Assembly (NCBI RefSeq): GCF_036321535.1
Contig: NC_087437.1
Location: forward strand, 25,112,001 to 25,176,000
Direction of reading: 5' to 3'
DNA: 64,000 nt
From: Camelus dromedarius
Lineage: Eukaryota
The first letter of the stretch is position 1. Every line of letters begins with the position of its first letter. The notes under the pieces were generated by a model that did no database searches, was not told the DNA's origin, and was given only the letters and a program-made list of their open reading frames with translations. Shown in pieces: positions 25,240 to 37,764 of the stretch. A program made the position numbers and the translations under genes.

Positions 25240-25795
25240 TGGGGAGGAATCAATTTTCCTCTACCCTTCTAGATTCCTCTGGCTGGTTTAAGAATTAAGT
25301 TCACATGAGATGGGTTAACAAGAGGAAATCAAAGTTTAATAACATGTATACATGACAGAAACTCAGGAAAACTGAGTAAAATTCACCAAAATGGCTGAAA
25401 CCCTCATCTTAAATACCATCTCAGCTAAAGACAAAAGAGGATGTTGGTGGTAGTGGTTTGGACTTCAAAAGGGAGGAAGGCAATTCATATGGAGGTGGAA
25501 AAGCAAATATTTGGTAAATACATGTTTGTTGGGCCCTGTAGAGACAATGGGGCATAGAGAGAAACTGTAACAGCATTTGCTAGGTTTCTTCCTGTCTACA
25601 TGTCTAGTTCATACAATATTTATCTATGGTGATAGCTCAATTCCAGGAACAGGCTTCTAGCTTCTAAAAATTTTTTAGGCAATTAGGGGAAAGGTCAAAG
25701 TGTTTTTCTGAGTCTTTTGGGCCTTGAATGTTTTCAGCTCAAAATAATTCATATGTCAAAGAGACATTGTGGGGTGCAAGTTTTGCTCCCTTACA
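25240..25795 (-). mobile_element. ERV1-class solo LTR (MER34/MER39-related)
   Basis: The minus strand starts TGTAAGGGAGCAAAA..GCACCCC..TCTTTGACATATGAATTATTTTGAGCTGAA (MER34-like 5' end) and ends AAAATTGATTCCTCCCCA, giving TG...CA termini. No clean TSD seen. Confidence 0.75.
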
Positions 25796-27444
25796 ATCCC
25801 ATTTCTATAAATTTCCATTGGCATCATTTTTAATTTAATTTTCTAACAAAGTTTATCACTGAGATGTTTTAATTTACCTCTTGATCAGCCTAAGCATTAG
25901 ATGAGAAGTGTCTTAAAGGTGGAGTCTGTGTTTTAAATACTTTTTTATCTTCATCAACGAATACAACACACTTTGTTAGTTGTCAAGTAACAGTTCTTGT
26001 ACAAAAGAAAGGAAAAATAATGAACTTAACTTTTCATTAATAGTTTCTCCTTAGTTTTAGTAAATAGTGTACATTACAACATGTTTGGCTGTTTCCCACT
26101 CTTCAACTATCTTTATTGCTATAATTTCTCATGTAGTTTGGCTTCATAACCATTTTAGAATAATCATGAAAACTTTAAAATCTACCCCTTTTCTCTCTAA
26201 ATGTCTCATGTTCTTTTACTGTTATTTGTTTAAAAATCCTTAACTAATTAAGGGTTTTTTTTTAAATTACTTTAAATCTTTCCAAATCTCAGGTAAAACT
26301 GAAAGTTGACCAAACTATTCTGCAACATTTTAAGATAGGTTAATTTAAATTTTGTGATTTTTTTTTCCACTTAGTTGTTAGATCATATCATTCTTTTGGA
26401 GCTTCATTGGCTACTGGGTGTTCTCTGAAAGGGAATAAAATATGTGGAACAGACAAGATCTTCAATAGTTCAGCTGGTCAGTGTGGCCAAGAAATATGTC
26501 CTATTTTTCAACAGTCAATGGAAAAGAAGTACAGCCAATAAAGGAAGAAAACACCAGAGGTTTCAGGTGTTTAAATGTTGGCTTTTCTGATTTACATTTG
26601 ATGGTATATCAGGTTATTGATGGGTAAATTCAAGATATAAGAGGAGTCCACAGGTAGGGGGAGAAAATGGAAGAAAGAAACAGAAAATATCTAGGCTTTA
26701 TACTACAAAAAACTTTAACAGAATAATGGAGGCAACAGCAGTATGATTCGATGCCCTCAGCTAACGGATTAATAGAAACTATGGGAAACTAACACGACCG
26801 AAGAGTTCTCATGAAAAAGTAGCTAATACAGAGAGCATCACCGTGGAATGTGATGTTGACACTGGCTTTTTTTTTTTTTTTTTCCAAATCTTAGTTTGGA
26901 AAAGAAGCAACTTTTCCTCCCACTCTACATCCTATCTATAAATATGAGCAACTGATGCAACATTTTCTTACAAGACTAGGTAAGTGGTATCTGAAGGCAA
27001 ATAGTTTAGAGAATTACTAAACCACTATTACTGAACAGTTCTGCTCAGTGTTTTAAAATGTAAAGTAATTTATTTTTCCTTAAACATACTCACTTTAGAA
27101 CTTCAAATTCTCCAACATCAAATAGAACAATCATGAATGATGTTTTTGCCTAATGTCCCACCCCATATGACATTTTCTTCCTGAATAAACCTACATGGGT
27201 ATCATTTCAAATAGTATATTTGAGTTTGAAAAGCAGATCTAACTCCTCTTTAATATAAAGGAGATTAAATTGTAGCAGGTGTGGTGAAACCAGGGTATCA
27301 AAAGTGTTGAAGGGAGAAAATAAGATTTTATCCTCAACTACATTTGAAACCCCCTGAGTAACTTCAAATATTCAGTAGAAATTATTTGAGACTTGAAATA
27401 GTGGTAAAATTGACCCAGTTTTCTCAGAATCTTTTTTGACATAG

Positions 27445-27800
27445 AATTCATTCATTCTTTCTACAAATATCTATAGAGTGAACATTACTGGGCAGCTGCT
27501 CTAATAGAAACTGGAAATAAAATGATGAATCAAAAATGACATGGTTATCTGCTTTCAGGGAATTAACAACTTGTTTGGAGAGAAAGACATCACATTACCA
27601 CAACTGTGTAATTATGTCGAGCTGAGTGACTCAATGTAAAGAAATATAATTTCATAAGGGCGTATGAGAAGGAATCCTATACTAGACAGGAAGGCCTCCT
27701 GAGGAAGCAATGTTTAAGGCAAATGAAGGAGGGAGAAGTGAATGGTGACTAGGGAAAGAGGGCACAGAAAAGGTATATGCAAATGGCTTCTAAGAGGAGA
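27445..27800 (-). mobile_element. L2 LINE 3' end
   Basis: aattcattcattc..caaatatctatagagtg..aaatgatgaatcaaaaatgacatggttatctgctttcagggaatt..caggaaggcctcctgaggaag. Confidence 0.7.
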
Positions 27801-27886
27801 ATGAAAACTCACATGTTGATGGGAAATTGCTTTATGAATGTATTTAGCACCACAAACCAACTGGGTAAAGAGAGTATTGTTTAATA

Positions 27887-28114
27887 TAGGGTTGGCATGC
27901 AAACTATGGCCCACACTCCAAGTCCAGCCTTCCACCTGATTTTGCAAAAATGTTTTATTAGCACTCAACCACTCCCTTTCATTTATATATTATTTATGGC
28001 TGCTTGGGTTGACCACACGAGAGTTGAGAAGTAGTGACAAGATCATCTTGTCTCAAAAATCAAAATATTTACTTTCTGGCACTTTACAGAAAAAAAAAAA
28101 ATCTGCTGAGCCTG
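27887..28114 (+). mobile_element. MER58A-like hAT-Charlie MITE
   Basis: agggttggc..aaactatggccca..aagtccagcc..cacctgattttg.aaaa.gttttatt..tttatggctgct..aaaatatttact.tctggc.ctttacagaaaaa..tgctga.cctg. Confidence 0.85.
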
Positions 28115-28269
28115 GTTTCATAGACAGTGTTAAAGAAACTAGTTTTTGTATACCTGATGTACAAAAATGACTTGCAGATGTCAATGGTACCTTCACAATC
28201 TAATGGGGAAAAATGTAGTCAACTTTTGTGTCTTAGGTGTGAAGAAGGACCGTCTTTAGCAACCTCAGA

Positions 28270-28885
28270 AATTAAAGGCAAATTTGATGAGTTTTGACTC
28301 TACCAAAATTAAAAACTTCCATTCAACAAAGTATTCCTCAGAGATGTTACCAAATGGATAATTGGAGAAGATGTTGTAATCACTACAATCAATAAAGGAC
28401 TAATGTAGAATGAGTGTACAAGGAACTGCTTTAAGAAAAAGATCAAGACCTGGTACAGAAATGAGCAAAAGATATGAATGGGCAATTCACAGAAAAGGAA
28501 GCCTGTATAGGTAAACAGTATATGAAGATATGCTCAACTCAGCAGAAAGAAGAGAGAAATATAGTGCAAATAAAACCCCATGTTGCAAACATTAGAAATA
28601 AGTACTGTACCAGCTGTTTGCAAGGATGTAGAAAGGCAGGGATGGGTACGGAATGTTGCTGAGTGGTGTAGCTACTCAGAAAAGCAGTATGGTAATACTT
28701 ACTGAAGTGAAATATACCTATAATGCTCTATAGTGCTCAGTACCACTTGGAGCATATACCCCAGAAGAATTATGACAGCTCTCTAAGAAGGAAGATGCTC
28801 AAAGATGTTCATTACAGTGTTTACAGTATGGAAGATTTGGAGGCAGCCAAGATGTCTAACATCAGAGGGATGTATAAGAAAAAGA
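28270..28885 (+). mobile_element. Ancient L1 ORF2 3' remnant
   Basis: tttgact.taccaaaattaaaaacttc, aaagatatgaatgggcaattcacagaa, atatgaagatatgctcaactca, aagatgttcattacagtgtt. Confidence 0.75.
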
Positions 28886-28887
28886 AT

Positions 28888-28974
28888 GAAAGAGAGAAAG
28901 AGAGAGAGAGAGAAAGAGAGAAAGAGAGAAAGAAAGAAAGAGAGAAAGAGAGAAAGAGAGAAAGAGAGAAAGAG

Positions 28975-29048
<74 letters not shown>

Positions 29049-29196
29049 GAAGGAAGGAAGGAAGGAAGGAAGGAAGGAAGGAAGGAAGGAAGGAAGGGAA
29101 GGAAGGAAGGAAGGAAGGAAAGGAAGGAAGGAAGGAAGGAAGGAAGGAAGGAAGGAAGGAAGGAAGGAAGGAAGGAAGGAAGAAAAAGAAAGAAAG
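28888..29196. repeat. Compound (GA)n/(GAAA)n/(GGAA)n microsatellite, 309 bp of pure purine
   Basis: No C or T between 28888 and 29196. Explains the spurious E/R/K/G and F/L/S/P ORFs. Confidence 0.98.
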
Positions 29197-30019
29197 TAAG
29201 AAAAGGAATATTACCCTTAGTCTGGAAGTGTTTGCTTTTCTCTAACATAACCTCAGGAATAAAGGGGACAATGGATATTGATACAGTAGGGGTCAAACCA
29301 TTAAACTGTAGATACGGTCATCTACTAGGATGTGGCAAGGGGGAGGGTCGCAACAGTAGTGAAAAAGATCGAAAGAGGTGCCCACACTGTCCATAGGTAA
29401 GGGGTGGGACTGAGAAGTTTACAAATGGCAATGTTGGGGAAGAGGAGAGGTTTTCTAATAATATTCACCTCAAAGATGTAAGTATTTTTCTTGTTTGTTT
29501 GTTTGGCTGGTTGATTGGTTTTGTTATGTCATTGTTTTTTACAAAAAGATGTGGAATACTGTTCTGGAAGCCAAAAAGGAGAGTAAGTTCATTAACCCCT
29601 CCTTCTGTTTCCCAGGTCCACAAGATAAGCCATCACTTGAGAGGATTAGAAGGGAAATGGTGTCACTAGGTTTCAATTAAGGCAACGAAATACAGAGAGT
29701 GCTGTTATAGGGCATTGAAGATAATGAAGGAATTTGCTGAATGTGGCACGGCATTTCCAGAGGGCACCATGGAAGGATTTAGGACTTCAGGGAGAGAGAT
29801 GCTTCAGCTTGAGGTTCCGTACAACATCTGAGAGATAATGGTATTGTGGGATCAAGGACTGGAGAACTGACACTTGAGGCAGGGACCAGTGGATATAAGG
29901 AAGAAAAAGTAGGAGCATTTAGTGTCCCAGAGGACATGGATCACTGGGCCCGGGAATCACATGGACCTAAGATCAATCCATGTAGAAACTGCTGGATAAT
30001 CAAGGTCACTGTCAGAATA

Positions 30020-30165
30020 AACCAGCATGTTCTGTTGAGTACGTGATATTTCAGGTCCTCTGCCGGTGCTGTACACCATCTCATTTAATCTTCACAATTA
30101 CGTTGTAAAGTAGTAGAATTATATTAATGAAGAAGAGAGAGGTTAATTAGCTGGCCCAAGGGGGT
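30020..30165 (-). mobile_element. MIR SINE fragment
   Basis: atctcatttaatcttcacaa..gtaaagtag..agagaggttaattagctggcccaagg. Confidence 0.65.
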
Positions 30166-30296
30166 GTAGACCTCTTCCTTTGTGTTTCCCTTTCTAGAGC
30201 TTTTGGCAGGCTGGGAAGCACTGCATCAACACTGCTATTGCTTTCGATTAGGTTCAGCCACAGCTGAAAAAACTATGTGAGGTGGGGCATGTGTAA

Positions 30297-30319
30297 TGTG
30301 TGTGTGTGTGTATGTGTGT
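30297..30319. repeat. (TG)n microsatellite
   Basis: Directly visible, with one interruption. Confidence 0.9.
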
Positions 30320-30884
30320 AGGCAGTGAGGTGGGGCTGGGGTAAAGGTAAGGGTTCTAAAGACGCCGGATGCTGAATCTTCATCAGGATTAGTTGTGGCC
30401 CCAGCCCCTGCAGACTGCATGCCAGTGTAGGAGTTGCAGTGAACTCTTAAGGTTGCAAAATAAGACATTTGCAAAGAGCCCATGTATCAGGAAAGATTTA
30501 TATTCCATTGAAAAGGTTTTATTGTCAATCATTCTTTGGAGACAGTTTTTAACTTTAAAAATTTTTAGCAAAGCAACTCTCAACATAAAATTAAATTTTT
30601 AAAAATACCCAGTGTATACACAGAGCACTTCTGCTTGAAGAAGGGCTGGGAGAGGAGAATCCAGCTCCTTTTCCTTTTCCTCTTGTTCTGAAGCACCTTC
30701 ACAGAATTCTTGGTGCTCTGAGAAGAAAAGAAGGAAACCCTTCTTCTATAAATTGAAAGATAATATCTACAAGCACATTTTATTAACCTCAAAAGGGATG
30801 TATAGTAGCTACAAATAACTTTTAAAGTTCTTTTAAATATGAGATGCTGAAGAACCAATACATTTTAAAACTGTTAAAAAAAAA

Positions 30885-31395
30885 AAAAAGAAAGTTATCA
30901 CAAACTCATCCGAATGGCTAAAGTTAAAGTGTGAGCATAACAAATGTTTGTGAGGATACAAGACAACTGGAGATTTCATACACAGATGGTCAGAATGTAA
31001 GTTTATACAACCACCAAAGTTAAGCATGTGCCAACCCTTATGATCCCGCAATTTCACTTGTAGGTATACACCCAACAGACAAAACAAAGGGAATGAGCTA
31101 AGCTTGGAAATGGACCACATAGCCATTGGTTTTAGAAAGAACAAAAAAGAAAATATGATGTATTCATATAATGAAAAGAAGCAGTAAAAATCTACTACAT
31201 GTAACAACATGAATAAACCTTATAAACACAATATTTAGTTAAAGAAGCCAGATACAAGATACATAGCATATGACTACATTTATGTAAAGTTCAGAACAGG
31301 CAAAACTAACAGACGGCATTAGAAGTCAGGAGAGGTCATCTTTTGGGGATGAGAGGTAGTGACAGGGAAGGGGCTTAAGAATGCTGCTGGTGAGC
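30885..31395 (+). mobile_element. Old L1 (L1ME/L1MC-like) ORF2 end and 3' UTR
   Basis: gaatggctaaa.ttaaa, tatgatcccgcaatttcactt.taggtatacacccaa, aaagaagccagatacaa, caggcaaaactaa..ttagaagtcagga. Confidence 0.75.
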
Positions 31396-31869
31396 TCAGG
31401 CTCACTTCAAGCATTAGGCAGCAGGAGACACCTCATGGGTGTATCTGGCCCTGTGCCGCTGAAGCCTCTATCAGTGACTCCAACTTCCAACTGCTTCTGA
31501 ACCCTGAGAGCACCTTTTGGGTCCAGCCAAGGTTAAGTGACCTTCTCTAATCCCATCAGTTGTGTTACATTGGGGAATGGGATTATCTGGTCCATTCTTC
31601 TATATAGGTGACAAGGCAATTCCTCTAGTAAGACTAAAGAAAGAATTAATTCAGGTGCTAATAAAAAGAGGAAGGAGGTGGGAGTTGGATGCTGGGCAGG
31701 GGGAAGATAGACTTCAATACAGTTGTGATGAAGAGTTATATAAAAGCGTAATTTGAATATCATGATTACCTTCATCTAACAATTTAAAAAATCTATTTCT
31801 GGGGAATTTTCCCAATGGAATGGATAAATAGTTACCTTGCTAATGAAATTTCAAGAGACAATAAAATAC

Positions 31870-32050
31870 AGTGGTGAATAAATTGGCCCTCAGCTACAAA
31901 GGGCCTGGATTTGAAACCTGGCCCTGTCCTTTACTGCTGTGCAAGTGTATGCAAATTTCCTAAATGTCTCAGTTTCTCAGTCTTTAAAGCATAGAACAAA
32001 TATCTACCTCATAGAAATATTATGAAGATTAAATAGAGAAAATATATATT
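31870..32050 (+). mobile_element. MIR SINE
   Basis: cctggatttgaaacctggccctg..ttactgctgtg..tctcagtttctca.tct.taaa..tctacctcatag..tatgaagattaaat. Confidence 0.75.
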
Positions 32051-32089
32051 TAATATTTAAATATCTATATAACTTCAAAAGAGATAAAT

Positions 32090-34905
32090 GCAGAAATAAA
32101 AAACACAAGAAAAAAGGAAAATGTTAAAACTTAGAACAAATATCTAAACTGAAAACACAGAAACTAAATTGCATATAACCCTAGATACAAAAGTTCACTA
32201 AAAGAAACATTTGGGAATATTTTACACAACTCTAAAGTATATGCAAATGATGCAACTGACAAGGGCTTAATTTCCAGAATATATAAATAGCTCATACAAC
32301 TTAATAACAGAAAAATAAACAATCCAATCCAAAAATGAGCAGAAGACCTAAACAAGCAATTCTCCAATGAAGACATACAAATGGCCAATAGGCACATGAA
32401 AAACTCTCAATATCGCTAATTATCAGAGAAATGCAAATCAAAACTACAATGAGGTACCACCTCACACCAGTCAGAATGGCCATCATTCAAAAGTCCACAA
32501 ACGATAAATGCTGGGGAGGGTGTGGTGAAAAGGGAACCCTCCTACACTGTTGGTGGGAATGTAGTTTGGTGCAGCCACTATGGAAAACACTATGGGGATT
32601 CCTCAAAAAACAAAAAATAGACTTATTATATGATCCAGCAATCCCACTTCTGGGCATATATCCAGAGGGAACTTTAATTTGAAAAGATACATGCACCCCA
32701 ATGTTTACAGCAGCACTATTTACAATAGCCAAGACATAGAAACAACCTAAATGTCCATCAACAGATGACTGGATAAAGAAGTTGAGGTATATGTACACAG
32801 TGGAATACTACTCAGCCATAAAAAGGAATAAAATAATGCCATTTGCAGCAACATAGATGGACCTGGAGATCATTATTCTAGGTGAAGTAAGCCAGAAAGA
32901 GAAAGAAATATACCATATGATATTACTCATATGTGGAATCTAAAAAAAAAAAAAAGAAGACACAAGTGAACTTATTTACAAAACAGAAACAGACTCATAG
33001 ACATAGAAAACAAACTTATGGTTACCAGTGGGGGAAGGAGATGGGAAGAGATAAAATGAGTGACAGAGATTTGCAGATACTAGCTACTATATATAATATA
33101 GATAAACAAGTTTCTTCTGTATAGCATATAACACAGGGAACTAGATTCAATATCTTGTAGTAACATAATGAAAAAGAAAATGAAAATGAATATATGTATG
33201 CATATGTATGACTGAAATGTTATACTGTACACCAGAAATTGATACAACATTGTAAACTGACTATACTTCAATAAATAAATAAATAATTAAATAAAGTCTA
33301 TGCATTTGCAAACCTAGATTAAATGGATGAATTTTAGGATAAAACAGATGAATTTTAAAATTTAGGAATATAAAATCTTAAATAAATCAATAGCCAAAGG
33401 GGAACTAAAGAAATGTATCAAAGACTATCACTGTTCATCCTCCAAAAAAGATTAAATCCACACAATTTCACAGGTTATTTTCTTTTCATATCTTCAAGGA
33501 AATGTGTGTTGTTATTTAAACTGATTCAATCATAACCCAAGGAGAAAAACTTCCAAGTTATTTTTAAGAACTAGAATAACTGAGTGACATTAAGATAGCA
33601 TATACAAAGAAAAGACTTATTATTTCTGAAAATTGATAAAAAAGTATAAATATTGAAAACTAGAATTAAGAAGTAAAATATTAGAATAAATTAAAAATAC
33701 ATGAATAAGTGGAGTTCATGCCAAGCGTTACAAAAGAAAATGCATTAATATAATTCAAGACATTAAGAGCTCAAAAGAGAAAATTATGATTTCCTTGATA
33801 GATGCTGAAATAACACTTTATAAATATTATCATCCATTTTTCAGTTCAAAAAATCTCTTAGATATAAAAAGATTTATAAACATTTTTGTTTACATATATA
33901 TCAAGATATACATTCTAATGTCAGTATCATGATTAATGGTTAACCATTAGAGACATGATAATAAATTGAGGAACAACACAAAAGTGCATACTATTACCAA
34001 TGTCCCTGAACATTGCTCCAGAAATGTTAGTCATTGTAATTAAATAAGAAGACAAAATGAAATTACATTTATTTTAAAGTATGTTGGAAGAAACAGACAA
34101 TCGATGGACAAAATAGAGTCAAGAAATACATTAAAGTTTATATTGGACATTTGAATATGATAAAGGTGATATTTAAAATCAATAGAGAAAATAAGGAATA
34201 TTTATTATGTTATTAAACAATAGGTTGGCTTTTTGGAAGAAAACAAAGAACAAGCTTTACTCAGCTCCTTTCACCAAAATATATCCTGGCTGTATCAAAT
34301 CTTACTAGTAAAAGAAATAATAGCATAAGTAGAAAAAGAAAGCATGGTTGAGTCTCCTATACCCTTGGTAAATTCTATTTCTAATCATGTCCCTATAAAG
34401 AGCTGTCAAGTTTGTCTACATAAAATCCAAAACATTTGAATAAAAATAAACAAAAAAGATTTAACATTAAAATGTACTTGACAAACAGAAAAAATGAATA
34501 TTATTTTAAAAAAGTTCGTAAGTATAATAATAATATGTAAAATGCTTAAAAACAAGTATGAAAAGGAGATAGCAATAAAGAAATAATCAATGTTTAAATA
34601 TGAACAGTTTACATAAGGCGAAACATATGAAATCATAAAATCATATGAAAAGATCTTAGAGCTTACTAATAATCAGATGCATGAAAATTAACACTGAGAT
34701 GTCATTTTTTTCTCCTATATAGGCAAACAATAAATGTTTATTAATACTTAGTGAGAGAAATAGGCATACCACTGATGGGGATGTGCATTTGTACAACCTC
34801 TCAGGAAGGCAGTGTGTTGATGTGTATCAGAACATAAATTGTGCATTTGCTTTGACTCAGAAACATTACTTCTAGGAATGCACCCGTAAGGGAGAGATAC
34901 AAACA
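32090..34905 (+). mobile_element. Ancient L1 ORF2 remnant interrupted by a younger L1
   Basis: ..acaactct before 32245 resumes after 33304 as aaacctagattaaatggatgaatttt, the L1 ORF2 region 'NLDEMDKF'. Further blocks: atagatgctgaaa, atatgataaaggtg, atatgaaaagat..actaataatcag, tttgactcagaaa..tacttctaggaat. Confidence 0.7.
32246..33291 (+). mobile_element. Younger 5'-truncated L1 (cetartiodactyl, camelid-like): ORF2 C-terminus, 3' UTR and A-rich tail
   Basis: ORF 32431-32682 encodes [50 protein letters not shown], the L1 ORF2p cysteine-rich domain. In-frame stops at 32680, 32737 and 32854; natural stop at 32941. TSD taaagtatatgca (32233-32245) / taaagtctatgca (33292-33304). Confidence 0.95.
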
Positions 34906-36439
34906 GGATAAGACAAATCAGGGTGTAAGAAGAGTGGCCATTGCTATTCCTTATGCTCAAATTTCATGAGACCTTTCTAGAAGATCAGTTGTGTATTTTT
35001 TATTCAAATCTTATTTTTGTGTACTAGATCCAAGAAAAGAAATGGCTTCAGACTTTCATGAAGGCATTTAAAATTATGAGTAGTTTGTATAAAAGCTCTA
35101 AAAAGAGTTTTAAAACACTCAGTGAAAGTTTTGATACTTGTCAAAAAAGCCATTTTCTTCATTCTGAAATCTTACTTTTAAAGATTCCCCCCCTCTGTGG
35201 AGATGGAAGAGAGCATATACACACTGTTCCCTGCATGCAGAGAATAGGTCATTTCTAATTTTTTTCTAAGATAGGATCAGACTAATGGATGCAATGATCA
35301 GATCTACAACATTTACATCCTCTAGAGGACATACTCATCACCATGTCTGATCTTAGTTCTCATATTACAAGTGAATGTGCAATGGGAATCTATACAGAGC
35401 ATAAATTTACCAAACTATTTGCTTTAGTTTGTCTTAATTCAAACCATCTGCCCTATCCTTTTCATTGTAGCCTGTGGATTTTGGACAGAATATTTCCAAG
35501 GGTTAAGTATCTCAGATTTCCATTCTAGAAATTTGTTGTCTCTTCTCATCCTCTTTTCAGTATAGTGAAAAAATTTTTTCTTGCTTTCCAGTTTCTCTAC
35601 CTTTATAACTGGGGAAACACCACCAGCATGACTCACTGGGGTGTGGTGACAGTTATATTTTCTTAATTAGTTAAAATGTGCAATGTGCTAATTACTTGAT
35701 TCACAAGGAAAAAAAATCATTAAATAAAAATCACATTTGAGTGGTTTTAGCATATTAGGGCATATATTTTTATTTAAATGCAGAGAGCATCTGAATGTTA
35801 AATAAGCCACAAAATATGTTCTTGGTGAAACTAATTAACACTACAACCATGAGCACAATTCCCTTATGGGTTAATTTCTCAATGAAACTCAAAGATACTT
35901 TTTGACCTACTATAATGCTCCTTCTGCCAAGGTTAAGAGAAAGATATCACCATAATTGGAGCATATGAGTCTGTATTAACCTGATTTAGGTTGGGGAATC
36001 AAAGATTTGCACAAGGAAGGAATTCATAATAATTAGGGTGTAAAACATGCAAGCATAGGGGCTTAAACACAGCATGAATTAATTATTCAGTGTTGCTCAG
36101 TCCATTTGGACTTATAAATTACAAAAGGTCATAGAGAGAAGATTGTAACCCTTATTCCCTTTCCAGTCTAATAGCCTAAGACTTCTTAAGCCTCAGTCCT
36201 TGCAAAGCATGGATAAGCATATTTAAAATTGTGAAATAATAATATTCAAAGAAAAAAGATAAATAGGTACTTAAAACATATGTGAGGGCAAAGAAAAATC
36301 ATGTACCCTTTGCTAGGTAATCCTAGGAATCAGGAATGCTTAAATTTCACACATCACTCAAATAGTTTTCACTTCCATTTTTGTAGTCTATATTAAAATA
36401 AATTAGTGTTGCTTTGTCTAACTTGATTTCATTGATAAA

Positions 36440-36836
36440 GTTGGCATTATCCTTATGTCATGATATAGGTTTCAGTATATTGATGATTTCAGGATTTCTG
36501 TGTATAATTCGTACTGGGGAAAAAAAACCAGAGTAAAGAGAGTAAAGTGGGTCAAATTCAAAAACAAGACCATCAAATGATGGAAACAGAGGGAGAAAGG
36601 TGATGCGATATGGGACAGGATGGGAGGCACATGGACAGCTTCTAGAAGCTGGAAAAGCAAGGAACTGATCATTCCCTAGAGTCTCTAGAAAAAACACAGT
36701 CCTACCAACACCTTTCATTTTAGCCCCAAAAGACCGATTTTGGCTTTTGATCTGCAAAAGTTTATGATAAATTTGTGTTCATTTAAACCACTACGTTGGT
36801 AGTAATTTGTTGCAATAACAGTAGGAAACGAATACA
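36440..36836 (+). mobile_element. MLT1C/D-like MaLR LTR (5' boundary uncertain)
   Basis: cttctagaagctggaaaagcaagga..ttccctagagtctctaga..ccaacacctt.attttagccc..ataaatttgtgtt..tttaaaccacta..taatttgttgca..agtaggaaacgaataca. Confidence 0.8.
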
Positions 36837-37009
36837 AAGACCAGTGAGACTCCATGCATCCAGAGATGCCTGACTGTATTAGTGTAATACATGGTCCCAT
36901 TCCCCTCAATAGAGTCGTCATTATGAATATCAGAGCTAGAAGTTCTCAAAAGCCCATGTCTTTGCTACTAGGAAAATGCCTAAACTAAACACAACTTTTT
37001 CCCCCTACA

Positions 37010-37340
37010 GTTAGCATTAATTTAATTCAAATTAACAAAGTGATATAAAGGACCTTTTCTGAACAATGTGGTCTATTGAATCACTACCGAGGATAAAACC
37101 ATAAAATATGTTTTTTCTGCCTGTAGGCAGCTTCCCTGTAGAATAGGAAATGGCACGTGAGATTTGTATTTAAATAAACTGCTGAGAGTTTGCAGACGAG
37201 AGGGCCCAATTTAATGAGAAAGGACTTAGCACAATGGCTAGGTATTGCAAGATGTGGTGATGCAGTGAGGAAGGAACCGGTAAAAAGAGTGAAGATGCTG
37301 AAAATCAGATTAGAGGTGGCTGGAGAGTAGGAGAGGAGTG
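37010..37340 (-). mobile_element. Degenerate L2 fragment
   Basis: tttaattcaa.ttaacaaa..gataaaaccataaaatatg..tctgcctgtaggcagctt resembles an antisense L2 tail. Confidence 0.4.
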
Positions 37341-37439
37341 AAGTAGTGCTGACAGTGTAAAAGCATTATTGTTTCAATACATTTTGTTAAGCTTTTATGA
37401 AATCCTTACTGTGGAATTCTGCTCAGTTTATAAACATGT

Positions 37440-37760
37440 TCAAATCTCTCCTAATTTAGAAGCCCTATCCCTTTGTCCTCCGGCACCGTAGTTATGATCT
37501 TGTATTTCCATTGCAATCACAGGCAGCCCTTTTGAGAGACTTGTCAACAGCTGCTGCCACCAATTTCTTGCTTTTCAGTTTCTCCGAAACTCACTGCAAA
37601 TCTAGTTTTTCCTCCCATCGTCACCCCATAACTGCCCTAGTCAAACGTCATTCTACATTTAATGAACAGCTTTATGTCCTCACACTATCAGAGTTAAGTT
37701 GGAGTTAGACTTGACCCCTCTCTCCTCCTGTCCTCCTTCTGGCCCTGCTAGATCTCTCCT
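37440..37760 (+). mobile_element. L2 fragment
   Basis: actcactgcaaatctagttttt..cccatc.tcacc..aactgccctagtcaa..aatgaacag.ttt..gtcctca. Confidence 0.55.
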
Positions 37761-37764
37761 ACTT

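Noticed and set aside
28723..29296. The longest ORFs in the window (144-158 aa, K/E/R/G-rich or F/L/S/P-rich)
   Set aside because: They read through the stop-free GA/GAAA/GGAA microsatellite and decayed L1; not genes.
32164..33271. Cluster of ORFs on both strands, one with real protein similarity
   Set aside because: All lie within a dead 5'-truncated L1. The sense ORF is an ORF2p fragment with premature stops; the others are antisense L1 frames.
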